From: Chloroflexota bacterium
GTDB taxonomy: Bacteria; Chloroflexota; JAJPGV01
Assembly (NCBI GenBank): GCA_050695655.1
Contig: JBOGTU010000005.1
Span: forward strand, 15,637-79,636
Length of the DNA: 64,000 nucleotides
Direction of reading: 5' to 3'
Position numbers and translations under genes: made by a program. Shown piece by piece: positions 60,892-64,000 of this stretch (the stretch's first letter is position 1; each line of letters opens with the position of its first letter). The notes under the pieces are model-generated. The model had not been told where the DNA came from and made no database searches. It worked only from the letters and a program-made list of their open reading frames with translations.

Positions 60892-62841
60892 ATGCCAGAG
60901 TCAGCCCAACGGCAGAATCACAGATTGACGCAGCCCCTCATTCGCCGCGACGGGCGGCTGGTGGAGGCGGGGTGGGACGAGGCCCTGAACATCGTCGCGG
61001 AGCGGTTCACCCGGCTGAAGGCCGATCATGGAACCAATGCCTTTGGCTGCTACAGCTGCTCCAAGGCGACCAATGAGCTGAACTTCCTCGCCGGAAAGTT
61101 CACTCGGGCCGTCATGGGCAACAACAACGTCGACAGTTGTAACCGTACCTGACACGCTCCCAGCGTCTCCGGTCTGGGGGCAGTATTCGGCAGCGGGGGC
61201 GGCACGGGGTCCTACACAGATCTCGAAAACACTCAGCTCATCATCCTGTGGGGCTCAAATGCACGTGAGACCCACCCGGTCATGTTCCTGCACATGCTGC
61301 GCGGCATCAAGAACGGCGCGAAGTTGGTCGTCATTGATCCGCGCCGCACCCTCTCGGCCGAAGCTGCCCACGTGCACCTGCCGATCAAAGTCGGCGCCGA
61401 CATTGCGCTGGCCAACGCGGTCGGCCACGTGATCCTTGAGGAGGGTCTGGAGCGGCGCGAGTTCATTGAACGCGCCACCGTGGAGTTCGATGCCTACCGG
61501 CGCACGGTAGAGCCATACACCCCGGAATACGCCGAGCCCTTGACGGGCATCGCCGCCACTCAGATTCGGGCGCTGGCCCGGCTGTACGCGACCTCCAGCA
61601 GCGCCATGCTGTGCTGGACCCTGGGCATCACCGAGCACCACAACGCGACGGACAACGTGTTCGCCCTGGTCAACCTGGCCCTGCTGACCGGCCACGTTGG
61701 CCGGCCAGGCTCCGGCCTGGCGCCGCTGCGCGGGCAGAACAACGTGCAGGGCGGTGGAGACATGGGCGCCATTCCGGACCGGCTGTGCGGCTTCCAACAC
61801 ATTGGCGACGATCTGCGCCGCAAGCGCTTTGAGGACGCGTGGGGTGTGGCCATTCAGCCCACGCCTGGCATGCACCAGACAGCCATGATGCACGCCATGG
61901 AACGCGGCGAACTGCGAGGCATGCTGGTCATCGGCGAGAACCCCGTCCAGTCGGACGCGGATGCGCATCGCGTCCACCGCCTGTTCGCTGACCTGGACGT
62001 GCTGGTCGTACAGGACATCACCATGACCGCCACGGCCGAGCTGGCCGATGTGGTGCTGCCGGGCAGCTCGTCCTGGATCGAGAGCAACGGCACCTTCACC
62101 AACAGCGAGCGGCGCGTCCAGCTTGGCCGCAAGCTGCTGGACCCACCCGGCAATGCTCGGGACGATTGCGACATCCTGCAGGACCTCGCACGCCGCATGG
62201 GCCACAACTGGAGCTACGGCTCGTCCGAGGAAGTGTGGGACGAAGTGCGATCCCTGGCGCCGCACATGTTCGGTGGCATGACCTACCGCCGCTTGCAGGA
62301 GCACGCCGGGTTGCAGTGGCCCTGCCCCGATGAGTCACATCTCGGCAGCCCCGTGCTCCACACGCGCTTATGGGAGCCGGTGGTGGAGCCCAAGATCGCC
62401 TTCCGGCCAACGGAGTACGCTCCCGTGGCCGAGCCGGTAGATGACGCCTACCCCTTCGTGCTCACCACTGGCCGGCGGTTGGAGTTCTTCAACACCGGCA
62501 TGCAGACGCGCTTCTACCCCTCAGCTCGCCGCCAGGAAGAGGTGGTCCAAATCCATCCCGCGGACGCCGCCGAGTACGGCATCCATGAAGGCGACCTGGT
62601 TCGCGTCAGCTCCCGCCGCGGCGAAGTGACGCTTCGGGCTCGCATCGATTCGGCGGTGTCGCAAGGCCTGCTGTTCATGACGCTGCACTTCCCGGATCAA
62701 ACGCCCACGAATTTCCTGACCATCGAAGCGACCGATCCAGCCTCGGGCACCGCCGAGTTCAAGGCGACCGCCGTGGCCCTCACGCTGGTCAGCCACGAGA
62801 GCACCGCCGCGGAAGGGCTGGTCGCCCACGCCAATGCTTGA
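60892..62841 (+). CDS. fdhA: selenocysteine-containing formate dehydrogenase catalytic (alpha, Mo-bisPGD) subunit, lacking the N-terminal Fe-S domain
   Basis: ORFs 60892-61152 and 61282-62841 are in the same frame. TGA at 61150-61152 sits exactly at the FdhF Sec140 position (...NNVDSCNRT-U-HAPSVSGL... vs ...NNVDCCARV-U-HGPSVAGL...). Strong alignment to FdhF from residue ~58 to the C-terminus. Confidence 0.8.
61156..61181 (+). promoter_or_regulatory. SECIS-like hairpin 4 nt downstream of the UGA
   Basis: gctcccag[cgtctccggt]ctgggggc gives an 8-bp stem (one G-U pair) and a 10-nt loop containing GGU, immediately 3' of the in-frame TGA. Confidence 0.55.
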
Positions 62842-63334
62842 CCGTTCGGAGGTCCGGCGCCGCCGGCAAATGGTTGGCGAAGCTCCTAGGCCCGGCTCAA
62901 CGGCAACCGCTGCCGAACGCGAGGTCGTGGATGCCGCGCTGAGCGGATCGTTTGCAGCCTTCGAGCGCAGCCAGTTGCTGCCCCTGCTGCTGGAGCTGCA
63001 GGCGCGACTGGGCCGGCTCACCAAGGGCGGGCTCGGCTATGCCGCGGAGCGGATCGGCCTGCCCTTCTCCGACGTTTATGGCGTGGCCAGCTTCTACGCC
63101 TTGCTGAATACCACGGATGGCTCGCCCAAAGCTATCCGGCTGTGCGGCAGCGTTCCCTGCTTACTGGCGGGCGCTCGGAAAATCGCGGAGGCCCTCGAGC
63201 TGGTCCCGAACGCCTCGTGGCAGTGGTTCCCCTGCCTGGGGCAGTGCGACCGCGCACCGGCCGCACTGGTGGGCGAGGACGCCGTGCACAACCTGACACC
63301 CGAACGCCTGGCCGAGCTCGCCGTGGCGTCATAG
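62834..63334 (+). CDS. NuoE/HoxE-like [2Fe-2S] thioredoxin-fold subunit (FDH gamma-like)
   Basis: VASFYALLNT...IRLCGSVPCLLAGARKI...WFPCLGQCDRAPAALV, the four-Cys 2Fe-2S pattern of the NuoE family. Start overlaps the fdhA end. Confidence 0.75.
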   Translation: MLDRSEVRRRRQMVGEAPRPGSTATAAEREVVDAALSGSFAAFERSQLLPLLLELQARLGRLTKGGLGYAAERIGLPFSDVYGVASFYALLNTTDGSPKAIRLCGSVPCLLAGARKIAEALELVPNASWQWFPCLGQCDRAPAALVGEDAVHNLTPERLAELAVAS

Positions 63335-63336
63335 CA

Positions 63337-64000
63337 TGCCTCCCGTCAACTTTCTGCTCGCCCGCTGTGGCCACGCAGATCCGGAACGCCTGGCCGCTTA
63401 TCAAAACTCGGGTGGCCTGGCCGCCCTGGAAAAGGCGCACCAGCTGGGGCCGCGCCGGGTGATCGAGGAGCTGGAGACGTCCGGCCTGGTAGGACGCGGT
63501 GGAGCAGCCTTTCCGTGTGGTCGCAAGTGGGCCGCGGTGGCCGCTGCGGATGCGCCAAGCAAGTACGTCATCTGCAACGCGGATGAGAGTGAGCCGGGTA
63601 CGTTCAAAGACCGCAAGCTCATGGAAGAGGACCCCTTCGCCGTCCTGGAGGCGCTGCTCATCGCCGGTTTTGCCGTGGGCGCCTCACGCGGTTACATCTA
63701 CGTCAGGGGTGAGTACGCGCTCGCGGCGCGCCGCCTGCAAAACGCCCTCGACCAGCTCCGACAGGGCGGGTACCTTGGCCAGTTCGAAGTGGAGTTGCGG
63801 CGTGGTGGTGGCGCTTATGTTTGCGGCGAGGAAACGGCCCTTATGAACTCGATCGAGGGCCGCCGGGGCGAGCCTCGATCGAAGCCGCCGTTCCCCACGG
63901 AGCGCGGGCTCTTCGCTGCGCCCACGCTCATGAACAACGTCGAGACGCTGGTGAATGTGCCCCTCATTGTCGACCGTGGTGGGGAGTGGTACAAATCCAT
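63337..64000 (+). CDS. NuoF-like NAD(H)-binding FMN/[4Fe-4S] subunit (FDH beta-like), partial at window end
   Basis: GRGGAAFPCGRKW, ICNADESEPGTFKDR, GGAYVCGEETALMNSIEG, typical NuoF/51-kDa motifs. Runs off the window end. Confidence 0.8.

Overview
This 64 kb window is a ~68-70% GC bacterial chromosomal segment. Gene content (RNase Y, SpoVS, GT-C-type giant membrane proteins, high GC) suggests a Chloroflexota/Thermomicrobia-like organism, but that assignment is tentative. The segment is gene-dense, mostly housekeeping and transport, with no rRNA, tRNA or CRISPR found. Genes called: an M20 amidohydrolase, two ClC-CBS chloride antiporters, a TetR regulator, a stand-alone LigD polymerase domain, an amidohydrolase-2 protein, tyrA, gltX, an MBL-fold hydrolase fused to a pseudo-receiver domain plus a PAS histidine kinase, two tandem giant GT-C-like membrane proteins with a VTC-domain protein, hbd, a thiolase, nfo, coaE, spoVS, rny, lon, lysC, an MCP, an orphan HicB-like protein, a DUF151 nuclease, mnmG, an L,D-transpeptidase, thpR-folK-folP-recO, corC, prs, glmU, a complete kdpFABC/split kdpD/kdpE operon, a Rieske-oxygenase/amidase/RidA/CoA-transferase catabolic cluster, and a selenocysteine formate dehydrogenase alpha subunit with NuoE/NuoF-like partners. 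Main findings. (1) The 8.8 kb kdp block is flanked by 114-bp direct repeats, one of which is the functional 3' end of the adjacent CoA-transferase gene; this looks like an insertion scar. (2) The FDH alpha gene has an in-frame UGA (Sec) followed by a SECIS-like hairpin, is split in two by naive ORF calling, and lacks the N-terminal Fe-S domain. (3) A lower-GC islet (about 4300-5540) carries a HEPN toxin gene inactivated by a Tyr-to-amber mutation, plus an unclassified upstream partner and a Cys-rich mini-protein. (4) The two giant membrane proteins share a repeated ~100-aa C-terminal domain. (5) The rny-lon intergenic region contains a 126-bp MITE-like element with perfect 16-bp inverted ends. 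(6) A 33-bp tandem repeat encodes an 11-aa repeat in a small membrane protein.
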